A DNA stretch of 64,000 nt from Clostridiales bacterium (GCA_004558525.1 SFCQ01000003.1:61038-125037), one strand, 5' to 3'. Positions 17,758-27,581 are shown, numbered from the stretch's first letter. Program-made: numbers and translations. The notes: generated by a model from the letters alone, not told the origin.

Positions 17758-18928
17758 CAACCTCTGCGCGGATATAGGCTACCTTAGCATAAACCACGCA
17801 GGGGAACAGCTTTGCGGCGATCATGTGGAAATAGTTGAGCCTGAAGACGGCGATTCAACCATAGTCGTTCTTGCGGACGGGCTTGGCAGCGGCGTTAAGG
17901 CGAGCATACTTTCCACGCTTACGTCAAAGATACTCTCTACCATGCTTGCTGCCGGCTTAAGGCTTGAGGACGCTGTTGAAACGCTTGTTGAGACGCTCCC
18001 CGTATGCTCCGTAAGAAAGGTCGCGTATTCAACGTTTACAATAGTACGCATTACCAACAACCGCAGGGTCGAGATAATACAATATGACAACCCGAAGGTT
18101 ATAATGCTCAGGGACGGAAAGAACGTAAATATCCCATTCCACGAAAGCTACATCGGCAACAAAAAGATAATCAAGGCCGAGGTGGATGTTGAGGAGCATG
18201 ATGCGTTTTTAGCGTTTTCAGACGGCGTTGAGCATGCAGGCGTCGGCCTGAGCTACAACTTTGGCTGGAAAAGAGAGGATATAATAGACTTCCTTACAGC
18301 GTTTTGGGACGTTGGGTATACCGCAAAGACGCTTTCGACCATTCTTATTGGCGAGACCAACAGGCTTTATGAAGGCAAGCCCGGCGATGATGCAACGGTA
18401 TGCACGATAAGGATACGCAAAAGGGAGCCGGTCAGCCTTATAATCGGGCCGCCTTCAAACAGGGACGACGGCAACAAGATGATGTCTCTCTTCTTTGCAA
18501 AGGAGGGCAAGCACATTGTTTGCGGCGGCACCACAAGCACCATAGCGGCCGAGTATCTAAGGAAGCCATTAAGGCCCCAGCTCGACTTTTACGATCCTGA
18601 CATACCGCCTACGGCGGAAATAGAAGGCGTTGACATTGTTACGGAAGGAGTTATAACAATAAACAGGGTGCTTGAGTACGCGCTCAACTACCTTGCCGAC
18701 AATACCTCCTTTGAAAAATGGAGCTATAAGAAGGACGGGGCGAGCCGCATAGCGCGAATGTTGTTTGAGGACGCGACGGATATAAACTTCTTCGTAGGCA
18801 AGGCCGTTAATCCGGCCCACCAGAACAGCAATTTGCCTATCAATTTCACAATAAAGATGCAGCTTGTTAAAGAGCTTGCAGAATGTCTTGAAAAGATGGG
18901 CAAAAAGATAAAAGTCAGTTATTTTTAA
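17744..18928 (+). CDS. PP2C/SpoIIE-family serine phosphatase (HfsC-like)
   Basis: ORF 17738..18928. Shows GEQLCGDHVEIV and VVLADGLGSGVKASILS. Overlaps the hydS stop, suggesting translational coupling. Confidence 0.8.
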   Translation: MKTSNNLCADIGYLSINHAGEQLCGDHVEIVEPEDGDSTIVVLADGLGSGVKASILSTLTSKILSTMLAAGLRLEDAVETLVETLPVCSVRKVAYSTFTIVRITNNRRVEIIQYDNPKVIMLRDGKNVNIPFHESYIGNKKIIKAEVDVEEHDAFLAFSDGVEHAGVGLSYNFGWKREDIIDFLTAFWDVGYTAKTLSTILIGETNRLYEGKPGDDATVCTIRIRKREPVSLIIGPPSNRDDGNKMMSLFFAKEGKHIVCGGTTSTIAAEYLRKPLRPQLDFYDPDIPPTAEIEGVDIVTEGVITINRVLEYALNYLADNTSFEKWSYKKDGASRIARMLFEDATDINFFVGKAVNPAHQNSNLPINFTIKMQLVKELAECLEKMGKKIKVSYF

Positions 18929-18982
18929 GCTTATGCTTATCAATAAAATGCCAGTTTAATCATTCAGGAGGAACGACAAGCA

Positions 18983-19459
18983 ATGCAAACCCCATTCGAC
19001 TTCACTGTGGTAGATTCTATAATTGACGGCCATGGTGCAGAGCCAAGCGCAGTTATTGCCATATTGCAGGCAATACAGGAGCATTATCATTATCTGCCGC
19101 GCGAGGTATTCTCTCATCTTTCAAAGCGGCTCAATGTTCCCTGCGCCAGCATTTACTCGGTAGCCACATTCTATGAAAACTTTTCCCTTGAGCCCAAGGG
19201 CAAGTATGTCATAAAATGCTGCGATGGCACCGCATGCCATGTACGCGGCTCTACCCCAATACTTGAAAGGCTGAGGAATGAGCTTGGACTTTCCGAGCAG
19301 AAGGTGACCACGGACGATCTGCTCTTTACTGTTGAAACTGTATCCTGCCTTGGCGCATGCGGCCTTGCGCCGGTAATAACCGTAAATGAGAAGGTACACC
19401 CCGCCATGACGCCGGACAAGGCTTCGGAGCTTATAAAGCAGCTGAAGGAGGAAAACTGA
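18983..19459 (+). CDS. hydC: Bifurcating-type [FeFe]-hydrogenase subunit HydC (NuoE-like 2Fe-2S)
   Basis: 158 aa NuoE family: CDGTACHVRGS...SCLGACGLAP. Confidence 0.85.
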   Translation: MQTPFDFTVVDSIIDGHGAEPSAVIAILQAIQEHYHYLPREVFSHLSKRLNVPCASIYSVATFYENFSLEPKGKYVIKCCDGTACHVRGSTPILERLRNELGLSEQKVTTDDLLFTVETVSCLGACGLAPVITVNEKVHPAMTPDKASELIKQLKEEN

Positions 19460-19460
19460 C

Positions 19461-21341
19461 ATGCTTACATGCCGAGAGGATATTATAAAAGAGCGCAAGG
19501 CTTATGCCGAAAGCTTTGCCAGCCAAAAGCGCAAAATACTTGTCTGCGCCGGCACGGGCTGCATAGCGGGCGGTTCGTTCGATATACATGCCGAGCTAAA
19601 AAGGCTCATGGCCGAAAACGGCCTGCCCTGCACCGTTGAGCTTTCAGACGACCCGCACGAGCATGAGGAATCCATAGGACTTAAAAAGAGCGGCTGCCAC
19701 GGCTTTTGCGAGATGGGCCCGCTTGTGCGCATAGAGCCCGAAGGCTGGCTGTATACCAAGGTAAAGGTCGGCGACTGCAAGGAGATAATAGAGCGTACCA
19801 TAATGAAGGGCGAGCATATTGAGCGCCTTGCCTACCAAAAGGGCGGCGTGGTGCGCAAGAAGCAGGACGATATACCCTTCTATAAGAAGCAGACCCGCCT
19901 TGTGCTGAAGCATTGCGGCCACATCGACGCCACTTCAATAAAAGAATACATTGCCGTGGGCGGCTATACTGCGTTTGAAAAGGCGCTGTTCGATATGTCT
20001 CCCGAAGGCATAGTAAAAACCATATCTGATTCCAACCTCCGCGGACGCGGCGGCGGCGGCTTCCCCACCGGCAAAAAATGGAGCCAGGTCGCAAGGCAGA
20101 AATCCCCCGTCAAGTACATCGTATGTAACGGCGACGAGGGCGACCCGGGCGCGTTCATGGATCGCTCCATAATGGAGGGCGACCCGCACAGGATGCTTGA
20201 GGGCATGATGATAGCCGGCCGTGCCTGCGGCGCTAAGGAGGGCTATATATATGTGCGCGCAGAGTATCCCATGGCCGTTGAAAGGCTCAGGAACGCCATA
20301 GCCCAAGCTGAAGAGATGGGCCTGCTTGGCGATAACATACTCGGCAGCGGCTTTGATTTCCGTATACACATCAACAAGGGCGCGGGCGCCTTTGTGTGCG
20401 GCGAGGGCAGCGCGCTTACGGCATCAATAGAAGGAAAGCGCGGCTTCCCGCGTGTAAAGCCACCGCGCACCGTTGAGCACGGCCTGTTTAACGAGCCCAC
20501 CGTTTTGAACAACGTTGAAACGTTTGCCAACGTTCCGCTCATCATAATGAACGGCGCGGACTGGTATAAGTCCATCGGCCCCGAAAACAGCCCAGGCACA
20601 AAGGCATTTGCCCTTACCGGCAACATAGAGAACACCGGCCTTATAGAAGTTCCCATGGGAACCACGCTTGAGGAAGTAATATACGGCGTAGGCGGCGGCA
20701 TGAGGGGCGGAGCCGAGTTCAAGGCCGTGCAGATAGGCGGACCTTCCGGCGCATGCCTTACAAAGGATCATCTAAACATACCCCTTGATTTCGACTCGCT
20801 CAAGAAGATAGGCGCAATGGTCGGCTCCGGCGGACTTGTCGTTATGGACAGCAAGACCTGCATGGTAGAGGTCGCGCGCTTTTTCATGAGCTTTACGCAG
20901 AACGAATCCTGCGGCAAGTGCGTACCCTGCCGCGAAGGCACGAAGCGCATGCTTGAAGTGCTTGAGCGCATAGTTGCTGGCAACGGCGAGGACGGAGACA
21001 TAGAGCTGCTCGAGGACCTTGCGGACACCATATCCGCCGCGGCCCTGTGCGGACTCGGCAAGACCGCGCCCAACCCCGTAATGAGCACCATACAGTACTT
21101 CCGCAATGAATACGAGGCGCACATTTACGACAAACGCTGCCCCGCCGGCGCATGCTCCAAGCTCAAGCGCATATATATCGACCCCGAGCTTTGCAAGGGC
21201 TGTTCCCGCTGCGCTAAAGGCTGCCCTGTCGGCGCGATATCCGGCCAGGTCAAGACCCCGTTCGTCATCGACGAAAAGAAGTGCATAAAATGCGGCGCGT
21301 GCGTATCTACCTGCGCGTTCCACGCTATCAAGGAGGACTGA
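19461..21341 (+). CDS. hydB: Bifurcating-type [FeFe]-hydrogenase subunit HydB (NuoF-like, FMN/NADH-binding)
   Basis: 626 aa: GRGGGGFPTGKKW, ESCGKCVPCREG, and C-terminal 2x[4Fe-4S] (CKGCSRCAKGCP, CIKCGACVSTC). Confidence 0.9.
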   Translation: MLTCREDIIKERKAYAESFASQKRKILVCAGTGCIAGGSFDIHAELKRLMAENGLPCTVELSDDPHEHEESIGLKKSGCHGFCEMGPLVRIEPEGWLYTKVKVGDCKEIIERTIMKGEHIERLAYQKGGVVRKKQDDIPFYKKQTRLVLKHCGHIDATSIKEYIAVGGYTAFEKALFDMSPEGIVKTISDSNLRGRGGGGFPTGKKWSQVARQKSPVKYIVCNGDEGDPGAFMDRSIMEGDPHRMLEGMMIAGRACGAKEGYIYVRAEYPMAVERLRNAIAQAEEMGLLGDNILGSGFDFRIHINKGAGAFVCGEGSALTASIEGKRGFPRVKPPRTVEHGLFNEPTVLNNVETFANVPLIIMNGADWYKSIGPENSPGTKAFALTGNIENTGLIEVPMGTTLEEVIYGVGGGMRGGAEFKAVQIGGPSGACLTKDHLNIPLDFDSLKKIGAMVGSGGLVVMDSKTCMVEVARFFMSFTQNESCGKCVPCREGTKRMLEVLERIVAGNGEDGDIELLEDLADTISAAALCGLGKTAPNPVMSTIQYFRNEYEAHIYDKRCPAGACSKLKRIYIDPELCKGCSRCAKGCPVGAISGQVKTPFVIDEKKCIKCGACVSTCAFHAIKED

Positions 21342-21345
21342 GCAA

Positions 21346-23037
21346 ATGGAAAACAAGGAATATATGCTCATAGACGGCAACCCCATAGAGATTAACGGCG
21401 AAAAGAACCTGCTTGAGCTTATACGCAAGGCCGGCATAGAGATGCCTACCTTCTGCTATCACTCTGAGCTTTCCGTTTACGGCGCATGCCGCATGTGCAT
21501 GGTCGAAAACAGCCACGGCGGTATGGAAGCCGCCTGCTCCACCGTACCCAAAGCCGGCATGGAGATATACACCAACACCGAAAGGCTGCACAAGCACCGC
21601 AAGATGATACTTGAGCTGCTGCTTGCCAACCATTGCCGCGACTGCACGACCTGCCAGAAAAACGGCAAGTGCAGGCTGCAGGAGCTTGCCTCCCTGTTCG
21701 GCATAGACAGCATACGCTTCAAAAACCTTAAGCCCGAGCCCAAGCTCGATACCTCAAGCGTGTGCATAGTGAGGGATACGCACAAGTGCATACTGTGCGG
21801 CGACTGCGTGCGCATGTGCAACGAGATACAGAACGTTGGCGCAATAGACTTTGCAAACCGCGGCTCCAAGATGATAATTGCCACCGCGTTTGACGAGCCC
21901 ATAGCCAACTCCCCCTGCGTAGGCTGCGGACAGTGCGCCGCCGTATGCCCCACAGGCGCTATAGTCATAAGGAAGGATACCGGAAGGGTATGGCGCGAGC
22001 TTAACGACAAGTCCACAAAGGTCGTGGCTCAGGTCGCCCCCGCAGTTCGCGTTGCAGTAGCCAAGGAATTTGGCCTGCCAGAGAACGAGAACTCGATGGG
22101 CCGCATAACCAGCGCGCTCAGGCGCCTTGGCTTTGACGAGGTGTACGATACCGCCACCGGCGCCGACCTTACCGTGCTTGAGGAAGCAAACGAGTTCATC
22201 TCAAGGATAGAAGAGGGCGGTACCCTGCCGCTGTTCACAAGCTGCTGCCCCGCGTGGATACAGTATTGCGAAAAGAACCACCCCGAGCTTATGCAGAATG
22301 TCTCCACCTGCAAATCGCCCATGCAGATGTTCTCCTCCGTCATAAAGGCGCATTACGCCTCCTCCTCAAGAAGGGTCGTATCCGTTGCCGTGATGCCCTG
22401 CACAGCCAAAAAATTTGAGTGTGCGAGGGACGAATTCAAGCATGACGGTATTCCTGATACCGACTATGTCATAACAACGCAGGAGCTTATACAGATGATA
22501 CACAAGGCCGGCCTCGTATTTGACGAGCTTGAGCCCGAAGCGGTTGACTCCGCCTTCAGCACCTGCACAGGCGCAGGCGTTATATTCGGCGTTACCGGCG
22601 GCGTTACCGAGGCTGTGTTGAGGCGCATTTCTACCGATAAGAGCGCGCAGGCGCTCAGGTCCATCGCCTTCAACGAAGTGCGCGGCATGAAGGGCGTTAA
22701 GGAAACCACCGTTCCCTTTGGCGATAAGGAAGTGCGCATAGCCATAGTAAGCGGCCTTAAGAACGCCGAAAACATAATAAAGGCCATAGAAAACGGCGAG
22801 CATTACGACTTTGTTGAGGTCATGGCATGCCCCGGCGGCTGCGTAGCCGGCGGCGGTCAGCCCTTCGGTACGCTTGCCACAAAGATGAACCGCGGCAAGG
22901 CGCTCTACAGCGCGGACAAGATGCTGAGCATAAAGCGCAGCGAAGAGAACCCGCTCATGCTCAACCTTTACAACGGCGTGCTTAAGGGACGCGTTCATGA
23001 GCTGCTGCATGTGCATTACAGCAAGAAAGGCGAATGA
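21346..23037 (+). CDS. hydA: [FeFe]-hydrogenase catalytic subunit HydA
   Basis: 563 aa: N-terminal 2Fe-2S/4Fe-4S domains and canonical H-cluster motifs FTSCCPAW, MPCTAKKFE, EVMACPGGCVAGGGQP. Confidence 0.9.
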   Translation: MENKEYMLIDGNPIEINGEKNLLELIRKAGIEMPTFCYHSELSVYGACRMCMVENSHGGMEAACSTVPKAGMEIYTNTERLHKHRKMILELLLANHCRDCTTCQKNGKCRLQELASLFGIDSIRFKNLKPEPKLDTSSVCIVRDTHKCILCGDCVRMCNEIQNVGAIDFANRGSKMIIATAFDEPIANSPCVGCGQCAAVCPTGAIVIRKDTGRVWRELNDKSTKVVAQVAPAVRVAVAKEFGLPENENSMGRITSALRRLGFDEVYDTATGADLTVLEEANEFISRIEEGGTLPLFTSCCPAWIQYCEKNHPELMQNVSTCKSPMQMFSSVIKAHYASSSRRVVSVAVMPCTAKKFECARDEFKHDGIPDTDYVITTQELIQMIHKAGLVFDELEPEAVDSAFSTCTGAGVIFGVTGGVTEAVLRRISTDKSAQALRSIAFNEVRGMKGVKETTVPFGDKEVRIAIVSGLKNAENIIKAIENGEHYDFVEVMACPGGCVAGGGQPFGTLATKMNRGKALYSADKMLSIKRSEENPLMLNLYNGVLKGRVHELLHVHYSKKGE

Positions 23038-23040
23038 GTT

Positions 23041-23292
23041 ATGCTTGAGATAAAGGTTTGTATAGGTACCTCCTGTCACCTTCGCGGCTCCTACAATGTG
23101 ATGGTATGCTTCCAGCAGCTTATCGAGCAGTACGGCCTGCACGACAAGATAAACCTTGCCGGCCAGTTCTGCACGGGCAACTGCCAGGACGGTGTGTGCG
23201 TCGATATCGGCGGCGCCGTGTATTCCGTTACGCCGGAAACCGCAAGGGCGTTTTTCAAGAATACTATATTGCCTGCTGCAAACGCAGTGTAA
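23041..23292 (+). CDS. Small thioredoxin-like [2Fe-2S] ferredoxin-domain protein
   Basis: 83 aa: MLEIKVCIGTSCHLRGS...GQFCTGNCQDG. Paralogue of 15818..16057. Confidence 0.7.
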   Translation: MLEIKVCIGTSCHLRGSYNVMVCFQQLIEQYGLHDKINLAGQFCTGNCQDGVCVDIGGAVYSVTPETARAFFKNTILPAANAV

Positions 23293-23324
23293 CGCCAATA
23301 AGCAAATACTGAACAACTTCAAAT

Positions 23325-23346
23325 AGGGACGGCCGAAGCCGTCCCT
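23325..23346. terminator. Hairpin after the hydrogenase operon
   Basis: AGGGACGGCCGAAGCCGTCCCT is a perfect 9-bp stem. The T-tract is missing because repeat copy B begins 2-3 nt downstream. Confidence 0.5.
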
Positions 23347-23348
23347 GT

Positions 23349-23515
23349 TACGGAGTGTCTAAAAAGTGGCAGAACGCCACTTTTTTGAGTTTCACGGGTT
23401 TTGCCTCTTGCTCACGCTCCCGGGCGGCAAAACCCGCAAGGTACGAAAACCTGAAGGGTTTCATCCGTTCTGACGTGCATGCCGTCATAGTCGGAATTAG
23501 CTTAACCCTCCGCAT
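23349..23515 (-). mobile_element. Repeat family copy B (inverted orientation, 5' part diverged or truncated)
   Basis: The reverse complement carries the conserved core and the 3' terminal hairpin (AAAAAAGTGGCGTTCTGCCACTTTTTAGACACTCC). Confidence 0.75.
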
Positions 23516-23817
23516 CTTAGAATAGCCGCATGGCGGCTGCTCCCCCATGCTTCTTCTTCGCCGGGCTTCCTCCTCGCTGCATCGCCCGCAGGAGGCGCTT
23601 CGGCTCCGGCCCTCCCTATTATTATAAGCTTATCAGTCCTATTGCTTATGGAATGGGCATTAGATTTCGCTTAGATATAAGTTTTGCTTATCCATTTCCC
23701 GTCAATTCATATCGATAAAAATACATCGTTATATGTTTGTCATATTCCATTTTGGTTTGATATGCGTTATAATAATGGCATCAAAGATGACTTTAAGTCA
23801 GGAAAGGAAGTTAACTT

Positions 23818-25035
23818 ATGGCACGTTTTACTTTGCCCCGCGATCTTTATCATGGAAAAGGCTCTCTTGAGGCGCTTAAGACATTTGAGGGCAAGCGCGC
23901 AATGATATGCGTTGGCGGCGGCAGTATGAAGAAGTTTGGTTTCCTTGATAAGGCTGTCGGATATCTTAAGGAAGCCGGCATGGAGGTCGAGCTGTTTGAA
24001 GGCATAGAGCCAGATCCCTCCGTTGAAACCGTTATGCGCGGCGCTGAGGCGATGCAGAAGTTCCAGCCTGATTGGATAATAGCTATGGGCGGCGGTTCCC
24101 CTATAGATGCTGCCAAGGCCATGTGGATAAAGTATGAATACCCCGAGGTAACGTTTGAAGATATGTGCAAGGTGTTCGGCCTGCCCAAGCTGAGGAAAAA
24201 GGCCCGCTTCTGCGCCATATCCTCCACCTCCGGCACCGCTACCGAGGTTACCGCCTTCTCCATAATCACCGATTATGCAAAGGGCATCAAATACCCGATA
24301 GCCGATTTTGAGATAACTCCTGATGTGGCCATAGTCGATCCTGATCTGGCCGAGACTATGCCAAAGAAGCTGGTCGCCCACACCGGTATGGACGCTATAA
24401 CCCATGCTATAGAAGCTTATGTTTCCACCGCGCACTGCGACTACACCGATCCGCTTGCCATATTCGCCATAAAGATGATACAGCACGACCTTGTGGATTC
24501 CTACAATGGCGACATGGCCAAGCGCGACACCATGCACAACGCACAGTGCCTTGCCGGTATGGCATTTTCCAACGCCCTGCTCGGCATAGTGCACTCCATG
24601 GCGCACAAGACCGGCGCCGCCTTTGCCGATTACGGCGCGCACATAATACACGGCGCTGCCAACGCCATGTATCTGCCCAAGGTAATAGCCTTTAACGCCA
24701 AGAATCCCGAAGCCAAGAAGCGTTATGGCGTTATAGCCGACTATATGAACCTTGGCGGCAATAACGACGATGAAAAGGTCGCCCTGCTTATCAAGTATCT
24801 GCGCGGCATGAACGATGCGCTCAACATCCCGCACTGCATAAAGAACTACGGTCCGGACAGCTATCCCACAGAGCAGGGCTTTGTGCCTGAGAATGTATTC
24901 CTTGAGAGGCTGCCCGAAATCGCCAAGAACGCTATCGGCGACGCCTGCACAGGCTCCAACCCGCGCATACCCACCCAGGAGGAGATGGAAAAGCTGCTCA
25001 AGTGCTGCTACTACGATACAGAGGTGGACTTCTAA
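23818..25035 (+). CDS. Iron-containing alcohol dehydrogenase
   Basis: 405 aa Fe-ADH family: GGGSPIDAAKA, HTGMDAITHAIEAY, His-rich metal site HSMAHKTG. Confidence 0.85.
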   Translation: MARFTLPRDLYHGKGSLEALKTFEGKRAMICVGGGSMKKFGFLDKAVGYLKEAGMEVELFEGIEPDPSVETVMRGAEAMQKFQPDWIIAMGGGSPIDAAKAMWIKYEYPEVTFEDMCKVFGLPKLRKKARFCAISSTSGTATEVTAFSIITDYAKGIKYPIADFEITPDVAIVDPDLAETMPKKLVAHTGMDAITHAIEAYVSTAHCDYTDPLAIFAIKMIQHDLVDSYNGDMAKRDTMHNAQCLAGMAFSNALLGIVHSMAHKTGAAFADYGAHIIHGAANAMYLPKVIAFNAKNPEAKKRYGVIADYMNLGGNNDDEKVALLIKYLRGMNDALNIPHCIKNYGPDSYPTEQGFVPENVFLERLPEIAKNAIGDACTGSNPRIPTQEEMEKLLKCCYYDTEVDF

Positions 25036-25094
25036 GCATAGAACATGCTTAGCTTAGAAAAGCAAATTTCAACAGCATATAAATCATACTCTGT

Positions 25095-25124
25095 GGGGAC
25101 GGTCTTTTGGCCGTCCCCGATTTT
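25095..25124 (+). terminator. Intrinsic terminator after the adh gene
   Basis: GGGGACGG-tcttttg-GCCGTCCCC followed by GATTTT. Confidence 0.7.
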
Positions 25125-25177
25125 GATATATAAAGACAGCCGCAATAATGCGGCTGCTTCGCAGATGTATAAGCTTT

Positions 25178-26560
25178 TTACTTGCTCAGGTATTCGTCGA
25201 TGGCCTTGGCGGCGGTCTTTCCGGCGCCCATTGCGGATATAACGGTAGCTGCGCCGGTAACGGCGTCACCGCCGGCATACACGCCGTCCCTGCTGGTCTT
25301 ACCGGTGGCCTCTTCAACAATAATGCCGCCCTTGCGGTTAACATCAAGGCCCTTTGTGGTGGACTTGATCAGCGGGTTGGGCGAGGTGCCAAGCGCCATT
25401 ATAACGCAGTCAACATCAATGTCATACTCGCTGCCCTCTACGGGGATGGGACGCCTGCGGCCGGAAGCATCAGGCTCGCCAAGCTCCATCTTCTGGCAAT
25501 TCATGGCGCATACGTTCCCATTTTCGTCCCCTTTTATGGAAAGAGGAGAAGTGAGCAGGCAGAATTCTATGCCCTCCTCCTTGGCGTGCTCTACCTCCTC
25601 ACGCCTGGCAGGCAGCTCGCTTTCGCTGCGGCGGTAAACTATCTTAACCTCAGCGCCAAGCCTTCTTGCGCAGCGCGCCGCGTCCATAGCTACGTTGCCG
25701 CCGCCGACTACCGCCACGCTCCTGCCGTGCAGTATAGGAGTGTCGCTGTTCTCACGATAAGCCTTCATAAGATTTATTCGGGTAAGGAACTCGTTAGCGG
25801 AGTACACGCCCTTAAGATTCTCGCCAGGAATGTTCATGAACATCGGCAGTCCGGCGCCGGAGCCAATAAACACGGCCTCATAGCCCATATCGAACAGCTC
25901 GTCTATGGTGAGGGTCTTACCTATTACCATGTTAGTCTCAACATCAACACCCATGGCGATAAGGTTATCTATCTCCTTCTGCACTATGGCCTTGGGAAGA
26001 CGGAATTCAGGTATGCCATACACAAGTACGCCGCCTGCGGTATGCAGCGCCTCAAAAACGCTGACCTTATAGCCTTTGCGCGCAAGATCGCCCGCGCAGG
26101 TAAGGCCGGAAGGGCCGCTGCCTACTATGGCGACCTTATGGCCGTTTGACTCGGCAGGCGCTGCGGGGGCGCCGGCATGCGCGTTGTGCCAGTCCGCAAC
26201 AAAGCGCTCCAGACGGCCTATACCGACGGGCTCGCCCTTTATGCCGCGCACGCACTTTGACTCACACTGAGTCTCCTGCGGGCAAACGCGGCCGCAAACC
26301 GCGGGTAGGCTTGAATCGCGGCTTATCGCCTGATACGCGCCTTCAAAATCAAGCTCGCGGATCTTGGCGATAAATTCGGGAATATGTATATTTACCGGAC
26401 AGCCGGCTACGCAGGGCATATTCTTGCAGTTAAGGCAGCGGGCAGCCTCGTCAAGCGCCATCTCCTCGGTATAGCCGAGCGCGACCTCGTTAAAATTATG
26501 GTTGCGAACGTCCGGCTCCTGTGAGGGCATGGGGTTCTTTTTAGGGTTCATGTTAGGCAT
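25178..26560 (-). CDS. nfnB: NADPH-dependent glutamate synthase small-subunit-like protein, NfnB type
   Basis: 460 aa: Cys clusters CLNCKNMPC and CGRVCPQETQCE, dinucleotide folds IVGSGPSGL and VVGGGNVAMD. Paired with an NfnA-like gene. Confidence 0.8.
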   Translation of the reverse strand: MPNMNPKKNPMPSQEPDVRNHNFNEVALGYTEEMALDEAARCLNCKNMPCVAGCPVNIHIPEFIAKIRELDFEGAYQAISRDSSLPAVCGRVCPQETQCESKCVRGIKGEPVGIGRLERFVADWHNAHAGAPAAPAESNGHKVAIVGSGPSGLTCAGDLARKGYKVSVFEALHTAGGVLVYGIPEFRLPKAIVQKEIDNLIAMGVDVETNMVIGKTLTIDELFDMGYEAVFIGSGAGLPMFMNIPGENLKGVYSANEFLTRINLMKAYRENSDTPILHGRSVAVVGGGNVAMDAARCARRLGAEVKIVYRRSESELPARREEVEHAKEEGIEFCLLTSPLSIKGDENGNVCAMNCQKMELGEPDASGRRRPIPVEGSEYDIDVDCVIMALGTSPNPLIKSTTKGLDVNRKGGIIVEEATGKTSRDGVYAGGDAVTGAATVISAMGAGKTAAKAIDEYLSK

Positions 26561-26561
26561 T

Positions 26562-27416
26562 TTATTTTACCTCCTGCTTAAAGAGATTGCATACGCGCTC
26601 ATGAGCTTCGCGCTCAAAAGGCTTATAGGTTGCGCCGCGCGACATGGCCTCGTCAAAATCGACCTCATAGCCATTAAAGTCAGGGCCGTCAACACAAGCA
26701 AACTTCGTGATATTTTCGCCGTCGCGATGCAGCGTAAGCCTGCAACCGCCGCACATGCCGGTGCCGTCTATCATTATCGGGTTCATGGACACCGTACAGG
26801 GTATTCCGGTGGGCTGGGTAGCCTTTACCACAAATTTCATCATTATCAATGGCCCGATGGTTATAACCTCATCGAACCTTTCACCCTCGGCAAACATCTC
26901 GTTAAGCGGAACGCATACGTTGCCATGACGGCCGTAAGAGCCATCGTCCGTCATAAGGAACAGCCTGTCCGACGCCTTGCGGAACTCATCCTCAAGTATA
27001 ACTATATCCTTTGAGCGGAAGCCTATTATTGAGGTGACGTTGCAGCCCATCTCATGCAGCTTCTCAGCTATGGGCAGGGCTATCGCGCAGCCCACGCCGC
27101 CGCCCACTATGCAGACCTTCTTAAGCCCGTCAAGCTTTGTGGGAGTACCGAGCGGACCTACAAAGTCGTGTATACTGTCGCCCGCGTTAAGATGGTTAAG
27201 CTTTTCCGTAGTTGCGCCGACTATTTGGAATATTATCCTTACGGTGCCTTTTTCGCGGTCATAACCAGCAACGGTAAGCGGTATACGCTCTCCGTCTGCG
27301 TCAACGCGCAGTATGATAAACTGCCCGGCTTCAGCCTTGGCGGCTACATACGGAGCCTGAATGTCCATAAGAGTAACCGTCGGGTTCAGGTTTTGCTTGT
27401 TAACGATCTTGTACAT
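26562..27416 (-). CDS. nfnA: Ferredoxin-NADP+ reductase-like FAD/NAD-binding subunit, NfnA type
   Basis: 284 aa of the sulfide/dihydroorotate dehydrogenase-like family with a C-terminal Cys cluster (GTGMCGGCRL...FACVDGP). Confidence 0.8.
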   Translation of the reverse strand: MYKIVNKQNLNPTVTLMDIQAPYVAAKAEAGQFIILRVDADGERIPLTVAGYDREKGTVRIIFQIVGATTEKLNHLNAGDSIHDFVGPLGTPTKLDGLKKVCIVGGGVGCAIALPIAEKLHEMGCNVTSIIGFRSKDIVILEDEFRKASDRLFLMTDDGSYGRHGNVCVPLNEMFAEGERFDEVITIGPLIMMKFVVKATQPTGIPCTVSMNPIMIDGTGMCGGCRLTLHRDGENITKFACVDGPDFNGYEVDFDEAMSRGATYKPFEREAHERVCNLFKQEVK

Positions 27417-27581
27417 TATCGCGTTTTCTCCTTTTTTATTGTGCGTACAAAAATACTTTTCTACGCAGAAGCCCTTATTACCTTATTATAGATAATAACG
27501 CACGGCATCACTAAAATCAAGCTTTATGTGCATATCATTACGGATATCATGCTGCCAAAAAACGGCTTATTTTGGTATAAG

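Noticed and set aside
23516-23620. A GC-rich segment right of copy B (…AGGAGGCGCTTCGGCTCCGGCCCTCC…), considered as the missing second copy of a hairpin duplication.
   Set aside because: Its similarity to the 23325-23346 hairpin is weak and in inverted rather than direct orientation. It also lies about 80 bp from the recognisable element end.
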